A stretch of DNA of 64,000 bases from a virus. Made by a program: the position numbers and the translations under genes. The stretch is taken from the IMG/VR virus record IMGVR_UViG_3300045988_042432; one strand, given 5' to 3'. Numbering within the stretch: position 1 is the first letter of the stretch; each line of letters opens with the position of its first letter. A model generated the notes under the pieces. The model ran no database searches. It saw only the letters and a program-made list of their open reading frames with translations, and had not been told where the DNA came from. Shown here in pieces: positions 45,201 to 54,900 of this stretch.

Positions 45201-48200
45201 GAACCCTGCAACCATGTCTGCCAGTGAGATACATGTACCACATTCTTATCAGAATCATTAAATGCAACAGCTTTCATCTTCATAAATGACTGCATTGTCT
45301 GTGCAGGAATACGAGCTACTGTAAATTCAAGTGATTTCTGGAATGATACAAACTTCTTCTTGGCATCTATAATCTTCTGATTCTTCTCTATTCCGTCTAA
45401 TTGATAAGCCAACCTAGATACGCTAAACTCTTCTCCTTCGTTCTCTTTATAAGTATCAAATAGTAATTTAAGCAATCTATCATTTCTTTCAGAACCTGCT
45501 TCAATTACTTGTTGCATCATTTCCTTATTCTTAGTGTATTGGTTAATTTTGACAGAATCGAAGCTGTCCATTCCGTAAATGTCAATTACACTGTCAGGAG
45601 TTTTAGCTACTAATACTTCTTCAGTAGTGTTATTACCTAATGCATTGTAAGATGTTACTACTTCATGATACTCTCCACTTTCATCATAGAATCCAGCCTC
45701 GTACATCTTCTCACCATTTTCATCTACCCTCATAACACTATTACCAACTCTAACGAAATCAGATTCAGTAAGTGCTTTATTAACTGATAGATGTTCCATT
45801 AAGGAAGGAGTTTCTCCGAGTGCAACATACACATGTTTACCATTAGCTCTAGTAAACATCATATCATACCATTTAATTTTAGGAGCGTGATATTTATCAT
45901 ACCTATTAACGAAGAACTGATATCCTTGTGTAAGTACATCATTAATACTATCATTAGGTCCTAAGTTAAACTGGTCTACATATAGTTTACTAATAGAAAG
46001 TTCAGCAGGATTACTAACTAAATTCTGAATAGGAATAGCAATATCTCCATTGCCTAAATCCCTAATATAGCCATTGGCTGCATATTTATCACTGAATGCG
46101 ACTGGGTCTGCTAAGTACTCTGCTTTCTGAATACCAGTTACAGGCATATATCCGTTGTCCAGTAACGTAAATGTTGCTTGTATTTGTGCTTGTATTTCAG
46201 AATCTAAAGCTTTAGGAAGTTTACCTCCGTCATACTTAGTTCTTTCACTGAATGACCTTTGTATAGCTGGCATATCAAATATGCTATGTCTCATACCGGT
46301 CATATCTTCCCAATAAATCTCTGCTGGCTTTAAGTCTGTAGGTCTAGTAATATCAGTATAAAATTGAGAGAAATTAGCTTTTACTAAGTTGTATGTATCA
46401 AAATCATTTACATACACTGGTACGTAACTGCCCTCTATACTCCAACCTCTATCAGCTAGATATTGGTCTACAGTCATTAAAGAATTGGCTTGATTCTTAG
46501 CTTGTGCAGACACAGCTTTGTCATAATTATCCTGTGCTTTAGCTATCTCTACACCTTCTCCGTCTCCATTTTGCGCTTTCTCAAGTTCTGTCAGAGTTCT
46601 CTTAACAGCCAAATCAAGAGCTATTTGCTTGTCTAATGCATTTTGGCTAATTCTAGCCACTACTGATGCTACTTCTTGAATAGGCAATTTGATTCTGTCT
46701 CCAGGAAGTAATCTATCTATAGTAGATGCTGGCTGTGCCTCTATTTTAGCTTGCTCGCTTTGTAAATATTCATCGGGAGTCATTCCTTGTTCGGAAGCAA
46801 TCCTGTAAATATCATCATATTTATAATTAGTACCTCCTATGCGGAATTGTTGTACTATATTATATGCGGGAGCCATAACTGCACCCATACCTGGGAACTT
46901 CCTCTTAATAGCAGTTTTATTAATATTAGATGTAAACGAAGATAAAGTTTTACCAAAGATAGAAGGGTCACTGTACGGTATTTTATATACATCAGTTCCA
47001 TGAGAATTATTATTCTTTCTATCTAATGCAAACTCTGCTTTAGCTTTCTCAATAATAGTCTTAGCAGTACCAAGTTCATCTCCGTCCTTATTAAGCTCCT
47101 TAATAATAGCTTTACCTACTATCTCATAAATATCAGATTTAACATCGGGATTGTCAGTAGGTTTAATCCCAACTAATGTATACACTGCATCTCTAATGCC
47201 ACCTATTGATGATAATGCCACTCTACCTAAGTCCTTGTATGCCATTTTAGCCATACTGTGAGTGAATCCCATGGCTTCCAATGCAGATATTACCTGTGAG
47301 AACTCTGTCATTGTGGATTGATGTTCTGGGTCAGTTACTACATGGTCTGCATCCATTTGAATACCAAGACCTTCAGTATTAAACTCCATTTCCATTAAAG
47401 GACTGTTATTAAACCAAGAACTATCCCCGTTTATATTTTGGGCTCCCACTTTAATTGCAGACTTGTTAACCAAGTAAGCAATCATTTTATGTTTGAGCGG
47501 TTGAATAGTATTACGTTGAGAAGGTATCTCTCCATTAGGTCTATACCAACCTACATTGTTAGCATAATTAGCAGTAACGGCTAAAGAAGCATCACTGTAA
47601 GCAAGTTCTCCATTTCTAAGAGATTCACTATACACTCCACCTAGTGCTGCATGTAGTTCAAATAATGAATTAATAGGAACATTTAACTGAACCATTACAT
47701 TAGCGTCTCCTACAGCTTTAACTGGATTACCATATTCATTAACTGCTTGAGTTCTAATATTATATAATCCGTCACCTACTCTATCAAGACCTAATATCTC
47801 ATAATGATTGTTACCGTCCCTGTAGAATATTCTTTCACCACCAGTAACATCTTTAAGCTCCATAGTGTTTCCGAATATGTTCTTAGTAAGGTCTATTCCT
47901 TCATAAGCTCTGTCGAACTGGTTTGTAGACTGATTCCATTTGAAATCAGACATCTTTCTAAACATATTATATAGACTAATGTCAGATTTCATAGAGTTTC
48001 TCATCCTTTCGTTATATGTAGAGAATGTAGCAAATTTCAACAAAGAAGCAGTACCATAATCCCCATTAAAGTCATGCCCAATAGGCTTTTTATCATCACC
48101 TACAGCAGAATCCTGTAATGAGAAGTTCTCTAAATAAGACATAATAGGATTACAGAACGCAGAACCGTCATGTGCATCTACAGTAGATGTCTCACCTTTA

Positions 48201-51200
48201 AAGTTGTACACAAATGCTGCAACGTCGCTCATAATAGCCAATCTGTATGTCTTAGGAATACCTAGCAAGCTGTTTTGTTGGAAATACTGTAGTGTACCTG
48301 GTATAATTACATTTCTCTTTAATTCTGCAAGTTCTCTAGAAGATTGCTCTAACTCTATACCATTAAATGACACAGGATTAACTTTACCATATTTAGCTTT
48401 ATTAGGATGTGCTATACTACTACCTGTAGTGACTAGTCGCAAGTTCTCTGAAGTTAGAAAGTCAGCTAAGAAGTACCTTTCGAGAATAGGATTTAGAGTA
48501 ATATCTTCATCATTTCTTAACCATGTACTATCTAAGTCAGACAACCTACTAAGTACCTTGTCTCCTTGCTTAGCTAGTATTAATTCTTGAGTATCATTGT
48601 TTATCCATGATGCCTTATCAGTAGGAATAAGAGTATTTAATGCCTTATTTAAAACAGAGTTTACTCTACCGTTAGCGTATCTAAGAGGGAATGTCATATT
48701 ATTATCAATCATATCTTTGACAAACTTCTTCTTCTCTCTCAAGAACATTTTATTATATACATCTTCCTTAGCATATAACTCATTAGCATTAAAATTCAAT
48801 AAAGCGTTTGGAGACAGTCCGCCTTTCTTGTTTCCATTTAGGACAAACGAACCTCCCTTATTAACATGTACATTATCAATATTAGGGACTCCATTTCGAT
48901 AAGACATATCACCGTATTCTCCTTTAGTAGTTACTGACAATATTGCTTGAAAGTCTTTAAATGTCATTTTATCTACTAAGTCAATAGGTTCCTTAGGCTG
49001 TAATTCTGTTAATATATAGTTATTAATTGCATCAATTTCCATATAATCTCCAGCCTGCAATGCCGCATCAGCTAATGCTTGTTGTTTAGCAACTTCTTCT
49101 GCCAATTTAGCATTATGTGCTTCTATTTTAGCATTCTCTGCATCCACTGCTGCTTGCTTACCAACTATGCTATTATAAGCATCTGTTAGTCCATTCTCTT
49201 GTAGTCTCTGTAGGAATGTATCGAGACTTCCTCTATATACATTTCTATAGTCATTAAGCACATTATTAAATGTGTTCTTATAGTAAGAACCAACAGTAGA
49301 CCTAATAGCTTTGTTTAAATCGGAAATTGATGAATTAAGTAAGTCAATAGTAAACTCTTCTCCATTCTCGTCAACAAGTTTGATTCCGTCGGCAGTTAAG
49401 GTCCACATTACGAATGTTCCCTTATCAGAATATACAGTAGGTTGAACATTAATAGTCTTAGATTGTCCTTTGTCAACCTTCCTTAATAGATTAGCATAGA
49501 AGTCATATAATATTGAAGAATATCCAATCTCTGCTACAGAGAAACTAGTAGCACTCTTCTTAACTCCAGTTCTACTAACAACATCGGTTTTAATTGATGT
49601 ACCTCTAAGCATACCTGGATTTAATCCAAATAATGTATTCTTTAAAGAAGAGTTCGGATTCTCTATAATGGTTCTTGTGACGTATCTTCTAGTCAATCCA
49701 GCTAAATTAGCAATCCTACTATTAGGAATATTATTACCTTCAGCGTTCTTAATAACAGATTTAAATATTTCTCCAGTTACTATTTGCTCTGCTGCTACTA
49801 AATCATTCAAAGTGTTAATTAAAGCACCATCAATAGCTTTTAATGAGTTAGATGACTTGTCGTAGTAGAATCTAGCTTCTGGACTATCCTCATCAACTTT
49901 ATCAGTATAATATTTAAGGGTCTTAATAAATGAATACAGGTCTAGGTTGTCTGGATTGTTAGTCTCGAACTCATTATATACTGTATTTACAAATGCAGAA
50001 CTATTAGCTAGAGACATTAAGTTCTCTGTTAGATATTTTAGATTGTCTGCTTCTTTTACATTCTTAAATGCCGCCAGTAAATCTATGTTGCCATTTAGGA
50101 ATCTAGTATTAATGAAATCATCCATAAACTCTACTAAAGATACATATAGTCTCTCCTGTGGAGTTATAGTTTGAGGGTTATTCTCTTCATAGATTGCTTT
50201 TAGTGTAGTAAATGAAGGCTCTTTTAATATAGTATCTAATGAACCATATTTAACCTTATCAGAAGGACTTAACTCAAGTTTCTTTTGACCTTTACTACCA
50301 ATAGCAGCCCTATTATATATAAGAGTAATAGTGTCGCCATTATAAGGTAATTTAAATGAGATGTCTCCCAGAGTAGCGTTATGTACTTCTACTCCCCACT
50401 TGTCAAGTAGTTCTTGTCTGTTGCCACGTAATTCATTACTAATATCAATATCATTCTCTCTCTGGATTTTACGTCTGTTGACATTAGTTTGTTTAATTTC
50501 CATAGAATCTAGGTCATTTGTGTCTTGATTCATGGCATACTGAATATACTTAGCATTATTAGTTCTATCTACAACTCCAGATATTGAATCAAGCAAATCA
50601 TAAGTGGTTATAGCTTTGGATTGCTTGTAATCGTTATTAATAATGTTATATAGAGAGTTAGCTCTGCTATCATTATAGAACTTCTCATAAATAGATTTAA
50701 ATACATTCAAATCATTTATTTGAAATATTCTAGAACCTCCCCCATTGTTAATAATTTCTTCAAGAATCCTCTTCAAGTAATAATTAGGAGCTGAATGGAA
50801 GTTAATAACTAATTCTTGCAGTCTGTCTCCAAAATATAGAAAGTTCGCTTCGTCTTTAAGCTTATTCATTGAATGCAAGAACTGTTTAAGTGTAAGGTAA
50901 TTGTCCCTTATTTGCTCTCCAGTGGTAAAGTTAAGCACAGGAGTTTGCTCAATAAGTAACCTAGACACATTACCTATTTCAGATATTGCATCCACATTCT
51001 CATTAGTTCTCCAGGTTTTAACCATGTTAGAACCAGCTCTAAATTGATATTTATTAACTGATACGGGAATCTCTATTCCAATATATCCTTTGTTCTTAAT
51101 CTCCATATTCTTTCCGAATAGATTCTTAAGAATAGTATCAAAATTACCATTTGACAGTACAGCCCAAGCATTAAACGCATCAATCAGCATTTGATTCTTA

Positions 51201-51985
51201 TACAGGTCTCCGAACTTCTGCTTTCTTGAGACATATGCATTGTCTAGTTTAGACCTAGGCATGTCCTTAAACAACTCATCAGCTAGTCTAAGAACTTTCT
51301 GCATACCTTCCACATCTGGAGTTCCATCTGTATAGATAGAGTTAGGCATATTGAAATCTGTAGTAATTCCATCTTCTTCATTAGTCACTTTAATATAATC
51401 GACTAAGTTCTTGAACATAGTATTCTTATATTTAGCAATATATATGTTCAAATCATCAGTAGTCTTGATTAATTTACCATCAGTAAAATTAACTAAAGAC
51501 GATTCAATTATATTATATCTGAATTGATTTAGCATGTACTCTTTTACTACTGTAGCAGAGCCATACGTATCATTCAAAGACGGAGTAAGTATTCTCTTCT
51601 CCGAGTTGGAAACCTCATTATTGATATTCTCTGGAGCATCCGGAATGATAAGGTCTTTATCAGCTACTTCAATTGTAGTTGCTTCAGGAGAAAGTCCAAA
51701 ATTCTGACCTAGAGGTTGTGCATATTCAGCTAACAGCTGTTCTTTCTGTGTATCTTTAAGTATTCTTGATGTTTTAATATAATCTTCAAAAACCTTAGAA
51801 AGCGAGACATACTCTGCCTCGCTTTCTAGGTTGAATAGGTTAGTACCTTTCAAGTTAGTAAAGAAATGCTGAACAAAGTCTGTAGTAGACAACGGTTCAG
51901 CCTTTCTAAACTTAAGTACTGTTCCTCTAAGGACACTTTCGGCATCAATCCTATGTAGTCCTATGTCAAAGTTAGTACATGCCAT
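42221..51985 (-). CDS. giant protein (3254 aa), probable crAss-type virion-packaged two-barrel RNA polymerase
   Basis: 'WLQGSDYDIDKAYIMG' contains DYDID (DxDxD, encoded at 45185-45199). The size and its position in the giant-gene block are typical of Crassvirales. Confidence 0.7.
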   Translation of the reverse strand: MACTNFDIGLHRIDAESVLRGTVLKFRKAEPLSTTDFVQHFFTNLKGTNLFNLESEAEYVSLSKVFEDYIKTSRILKDTQKEQLLAEYAQPLGQNFGLSPEATTIEVADKDLIIPDAPENINNEVSNSEKRILTPSLNDTYGSATVVKEYMLNQFRYNIIESSLVNFTDGKLIKTTDDLNIYIAKYKNTMFKNLVDYIKVTNEEDGITTDFNMPNSIYTDGTPDVEGMQKVLRLADELFKDMPRSKLDNAYVSRKQKFGDLYKNQMLIDAFNAWAVLSNGNFDTILKNLFGKNMEIKNKGYIGIEIPVSVNKYQFRAGSNMVKTWRTNENVDAISEIGNVSRLLIEQTPVLNFTTGEQIRDNYLTLKQFLHSMNKLKDEANFLYFGDRLQELVINFHSAPNYYLKRILEEIINNGGGSRIFQINDLNVFKSIYEKFYNDSRANSLYNIINNDYKQSKAITTYDLLDSISGVVDRTNNAKYIQYAMNQDTNDLDSMEIKQTNVNRRKIQRENDIDISNELRGNRQELLDKWGVEVHNATLGDISFKLPYNGDTITLIYNRAAIGSKGQKKLELSPSDKVKYGSLDTILKEPSFTTLKAIYEENNPQTITPQERLYVSLVEFMDDFINTRFLNGNIDLLAAFKNVKEADNLKYLTENLMSLANSSAFVNTVYNEFETNNPDNLDLYSFIKTLKYYTDKVDEDSPEARFYYDKSSNSLKAIDGALINTLNDLVAAEQIVTGEIFKSVIKNAEGNNIPNSRIANLAGLTRRYVTRTIIENPNSSLKNTLFGLNPGMLRGTSIKTDVVSRTGVKKSATSFSVAEIGYSSILYDFYANLLRKVDKGQSKTINVQPTVYSDKGTFVMWTLTADGIKLVDENGEEFTIDLLNSSISDLNKAIRSTVGSYYKNTFNNVLNDYRNVYRGSLDTFLQRLQENGLTDAYNSIVGKQAAVDAENAKIEAHNAKLAEEVAKQQALADAALQAGDYMEIDAINNYILTELQPKEPIDLVDKMTFKDFQAILSVTTKGEYGDMSYRNGVPNIDNVHVNKGGSFVLNGNKKGGLSPNALLNFNANELYAKEDVYNKMFLREKKKFVKDMIDNNMTFPLRYANGRVNSVLNKALNTLIPTDKASWINNDTQELILAKQGDKVLSRLSDLDSTWLRNDEDITLNPILERYFLADFLTSENLRLVTTGSSIAHPNKAKYGKVNPVSFNGIELEQSSRELAELKRNVIIPGTLQYFQQNSLLGIPKTYRLAIMSDVAAFVYNFKGETSTVDAHDGSAFCNPIMSYLENFSLQDSAVGDDKKPIGHDFNGDYGTASLLKFATFSTYNERMRNSMKSDISLYNMFRKMSDFKWNQSTNQFDRAYEGIDLTKNIFGNTMELKDVTGGERIFYRDGNNHYEILGLDRVGDGLYNIRTQAVNEYGNPVKAVGDANVMVQLNVPINSLFELHAALGGVYSESLRNGELAYSDASLAVTANYANNVGWYRPNGEIPSQRNTIQPLKHKMIAYLVNKSAIKVGAQNINGDSSWFNNSPLMEMEFNTEGLGIQMDADHVVTDPEHQSTMTEFSQVISALEAMGFTHSMAKMAYKDLGRVALSSIGGIRDAVYTLVGIKPTDNPDVKSDIYEIVGKAIIKELNKDGDELGTAKTIIEKAKAEFALDRKNNNSHGTDVYKIPYSDPSIFGKTLSSFTSNINKTAIKRKFPGMGAVMAPAYNIVQQFRIGGTNYKYDDIYRIASEQGMTPDEYLQSEQAKIEAQPASTIDRLLPGDRIKLPIQEVASVVARISQNALDKQIALDLAVKRTLTELEKAQNGDGEGVEIAKAQDNYDKAVSAQAKNQANSLMTVDQYLADRGWSIEGSYVPVYVNDFDTYNLVKANFSQFYTDITRPTDLKPAEIYWEDMTGMRHSIFDMPAIQRSFSERTKYDGGKLPKALDSEIQAQIQATFTLLDNGYMPVTGIQKAEYLADPVAFSDKYAANGYIRDLGNGDIAIPIQNLVSNPAELSISKLYVDQFNLGPNDSINDVLTQGYQFFVNRYDKYHAPKIKWYDMMFTRANGKHVYVALGETPSLMEHLSVNKALTESDFVRVGNSVMRVDENGEKMYEAGFYDESGEYHEVVTSYNALGNNTTEEVLVAKTPDSVIDIYGMDSFDSVKINQYTKNKEMMQQVIEAGSERNDRLLKLLFDTYKENEGEEFSVSRLAYQLDGIEKNQKIIDAKKKFVSFQKSLEFTVARIPAQTMQSFMKMKAVAFNDSDKNVVHVSHWQTWLQGSDYDIDKAYIMGYDFDTSGHYVGWSPYFNFNSIESLKASEMLPTPNGKLYAYGSGGVDITNYLNQLNKENFYNPESVSVIAEMLNAIDDARILTYSGEVDTDNANFILNRINNHTMYMTEEFDENGKKARNGRQKIRRSNLLPAFRNSVSSKISNIIQNLKNMNQAYSPIEMGDPQRAAKESASGQEANKITMTSPSSKWVMQMQNMDGKQVIGIAAVGEKVFFANCYYFNEGVRNGDQDWLDNMFFSTRFEGIQTMLSENGKPITVPTLRNIMANVNFDDLAVKKDYWRNLIVRAVEQQLSPEDVARVVQEQLGMQPDQSLVISALLSAATDNAKELILSKINAGPNLAGMYLHMIMLGFSFNDIAKFMTSPTVQTVNDLMKVNVFDEYHDHASVDSVVRALEEGPNIRNYFDSTSLGNFFKRVQEKLLDSGEEAFDKRGNWIQAIKDRFAEGDSIDDIFPAVSYREHRFLEEYKYLQKMKNRLDMDRFAEFKKVNRNARETELLGRFYGLNQGMPTDLGGKMSRLNTYESAITSREQLYKDDKYEKGYNSEVVIKNILNDKPYLSEEQVRAVVNDAVAQGITNGGFSMRKFLDPMNSGYKKSTIAYYNLIKGTWNIFDMIDKIPHFKALFEVYNLTDTTDVNISTKFNLVNSYREALIKENPTYGRAVTKEQLNALGEHVDDVLITGWLAKRNITFRMDEGQKYIGNDMTLHDIKEGGEVFSLATNDGIANFKLWMERTVIPELHNGMVGDKRVRSLLINQFVQGLSRNRRTDPFTRGNTTYMKLPIDMMNVRTESDQAMFSRYQKDFAALKRINLQGLPLTDWFFLYNLVVNKNKYGADRLTTLLNTFDKTDVSDLLIEYQKYVGQSDYDLDVNMDTFSLEDALIRMAPIISESAKGRARDKYIRMRNEETGRLELYERDGEDYYEVNDIPDPSNVDMRRLYDDYFVIRTPNQNAKMKELVLNRNDSMENIVNKIKSLMERNTIQIRINC

Positions 51986-51990
51986 TATTC

Positions 51991-54900
51991 TTATATATTT
52001 AATTTACAGTTCTGACTATCAATTATTTGCTTATTATTAGCAAGACTGTTAATATATTCCATAACATCTAATATGTCAGGGTCGTCAAGTTGCTCATCAG
52101 TCAAGTAACCTTCGAAGTGATTGTCCACTAATCTTATCTTATCAAGAAGTGCATCAGCAGCTTCCGGAGTAAGAGAGGTAGTAGCTCTCAATTCTTGGAT
52201 AACAGTCATGATTTCGGTCTCCCTAAGATTCTCATGGTCTCCAATGGTATCTTCGAATATCTTGAGTTTCTGTTCTCTATTAGGGTCAAATGGAACTTCA
52301 TACATCACTGTATCAACTATATTAACTTCACTTCCAATAATGCTTCCTTTAATTGTTTGTCCACCTTGCAAATATACTGTAAAATCTTGTAAATTACCAC
52401 TACTATAATCAACATTTTGAATACCCGTAGTATCAATCTCTCCGTCTTTAGTTTTGGGTAGTACAGACGGACTCTTAACATTTATTTCCTGTAATAGAGT
52501 ATGTACCTTATTAATGACTGGCATGTTGTTAACATCAACAGTCATATCTAGATGAATTACAGGGTCGTTATTAATTAATAGCTGTCTGTTATTTATGTCA
52601 TTAGTAAGACTAGTATTTACCTTAGTTGCTACTCCTTTTAATATTTCATCTAATGCAATATCACCTTTCTCTAGATATTCATTGCGTGCATCATTAAGGA
52701 TTTGGTCTATTGAGGTATAGCCAGTGAAAGCACTGGATACTCCATTAGCAATTAACGTAATGTTATTATCAAACTCTGACTGTCTGTTATGTGGAACTCC
52801 TTTATTAAATTGTCTCTCTGATAATACAGTAGGGTCAATGGTTATTTCAAAGTTAGGACTTTCTATAGCAGTATCAATATAGAATTGATTGTCATTATTT
52901 CTAGTTGGATAGAAATCAGAAGGTCTACTATCATGTGAAGTCGGAGTTCTAGGAGTATAATATATTCCATTTATAAATGGAGCATATGTAGTAGTTGCAG
53001 CTCCTTCTTTAATAGTTGGAGTACCATGGAATATCACATTAAACATGTTATTTAGTACAGAGAAGTAGTTATCTCTACCTGCATCTCTAACTGCCCTAAC
53101 TATATTAAATGATAACTCCTCTAACCTAGTTTCCTTCATTTTACCGTCTCTAGCCTTAGCTCGGAATACATAACTTTCATCTGATTTCTTACCAGCGGAG
53201 AATAGTTTGTAAACTGATGATAATAATCCAACCATTTTGAATGAACCACCCATTCCACCTATATTAGATGCTGCATGTTTATAAGTATTCTTACCGTCAG
53301 TCAATTCTATGGCTCCGTCGTCAGCTATTAACTGTGCTAAGATATTGTCCATATCTCTGCCGTTAGTAGCTATGGTGAAGTTCGGATTACCTGGTAATGA
53401 AATATACTCTTCTAATATACTAAATAGATTATCCAATATAGATAGTTGAGCTTGAGCTACTTTAGGGTCTATGTAAACACCGTATGTAAGAGTTCTAGGA
53501 ACTTTACCGTTAGAGTCAAATGTTTGCCATTCATTTCTACTTAAATTTATAGGTCTTACTACCATACCAGGAGCATTAGTCTTGATAGCATCTGCGTATG
53601 TAAGTCTAAACATAAATCCATTATAAATAGAAGAATCCCAAGGAACTCTCTTCTGTCCATCCACAGTAGATTGGTCGATTAGTCTATTAAACTCATTAAC
53701 TTCAGAAGTACCTCTAACATCATCAAGGTTATTAGCCTGTCTGTAAGTGTCATAAGCCTTAATGAAGTTCTTTAATCCAGACCTGTAATTCCACATACTT
53801 ACTAGCATTCTAGCAGCAGTAGTATTACTTCCAAATGTTCCTAAATATTCCTTTACTTGATTCTTGTCTAATTTAGTTTTACCGTCATCAGCAGTATGAA
53901 CTAAATCATTAAAAGACAGTCTAAAGTAATTATCAATAAAGGTTCCATTGGAATTAGCTACTATCATTCTTATAAGTGGTGGTACCGTCTTAGCTACTTC
54001 AGCTTGAGCATCCTTATCACTAAGACCTCTAGATTTAGCTTCATCTAGCGCGGCTTTACGCTTCTTCTGCATTCTTAGATACATCTCTGCAAGATTAGAT
54101 TCAGTTACTTTCTCTCCGTCAATTTTAAGATGTTTGTTAGAAGTGGCAAATACTACACCTTTACCTCTTACAGACTTATCTACCATAGCTACTCCACCAT
54201 GTCCTGCATAAAGATACATCGGACTAATAATGGCATTAGGAAATGCTTCTCTAACCTTATCCAAGTTCCAAGTTTGGTCTGGAACTTTCTTAAGTCTAGT
54301 CGCAGCAGAGAATGATATATCACTTTCATCAATTCCAAGATATTTAACAGTACTAGGATTATCTAAGATTTCCTTCTGCATATTCTTATACCACTTCTTG
54401 TACTTATTAATTCTAGCAGCAATATCAGCATCTTTGCCGTTACTATTGTTCCATTTCTGCCAAGTGTCAGGATTGGTTAATTTACCTATAGTGAATTGTA
54501 AATCATTACCTTTCTCCATAGGTATTCTATATACTATATTGAACGCAACAGGTTCTACTTTAGTAGAGTCATAACCCTGTTTGTCTCTAGCTTTATCAGT
54601 GCCTTCTTCGTTAGTATCATCTTTCCTGATTTCTAGATTGAACGTACCATTATTCCAAACTTCTGCACCCAATCCAGCTAAGTATTTATAACCATTGTCG
54701 CTTAGTTTCTGAATGAAGTCAGCATCAAACTTCTCGCCAAATGTCAAGTAGTTTCTAACGTCTACTAACATATCCTTGGCAGGTTGTAATGTATTAGTAT
54801 CATACTCTACATTACTTCTAGTGAAGACATTCAAATCATCAACTACATCATTCCTTACCACTCTAGTAAATTTACCATCGGAAGTTTCTGCCATACCATA

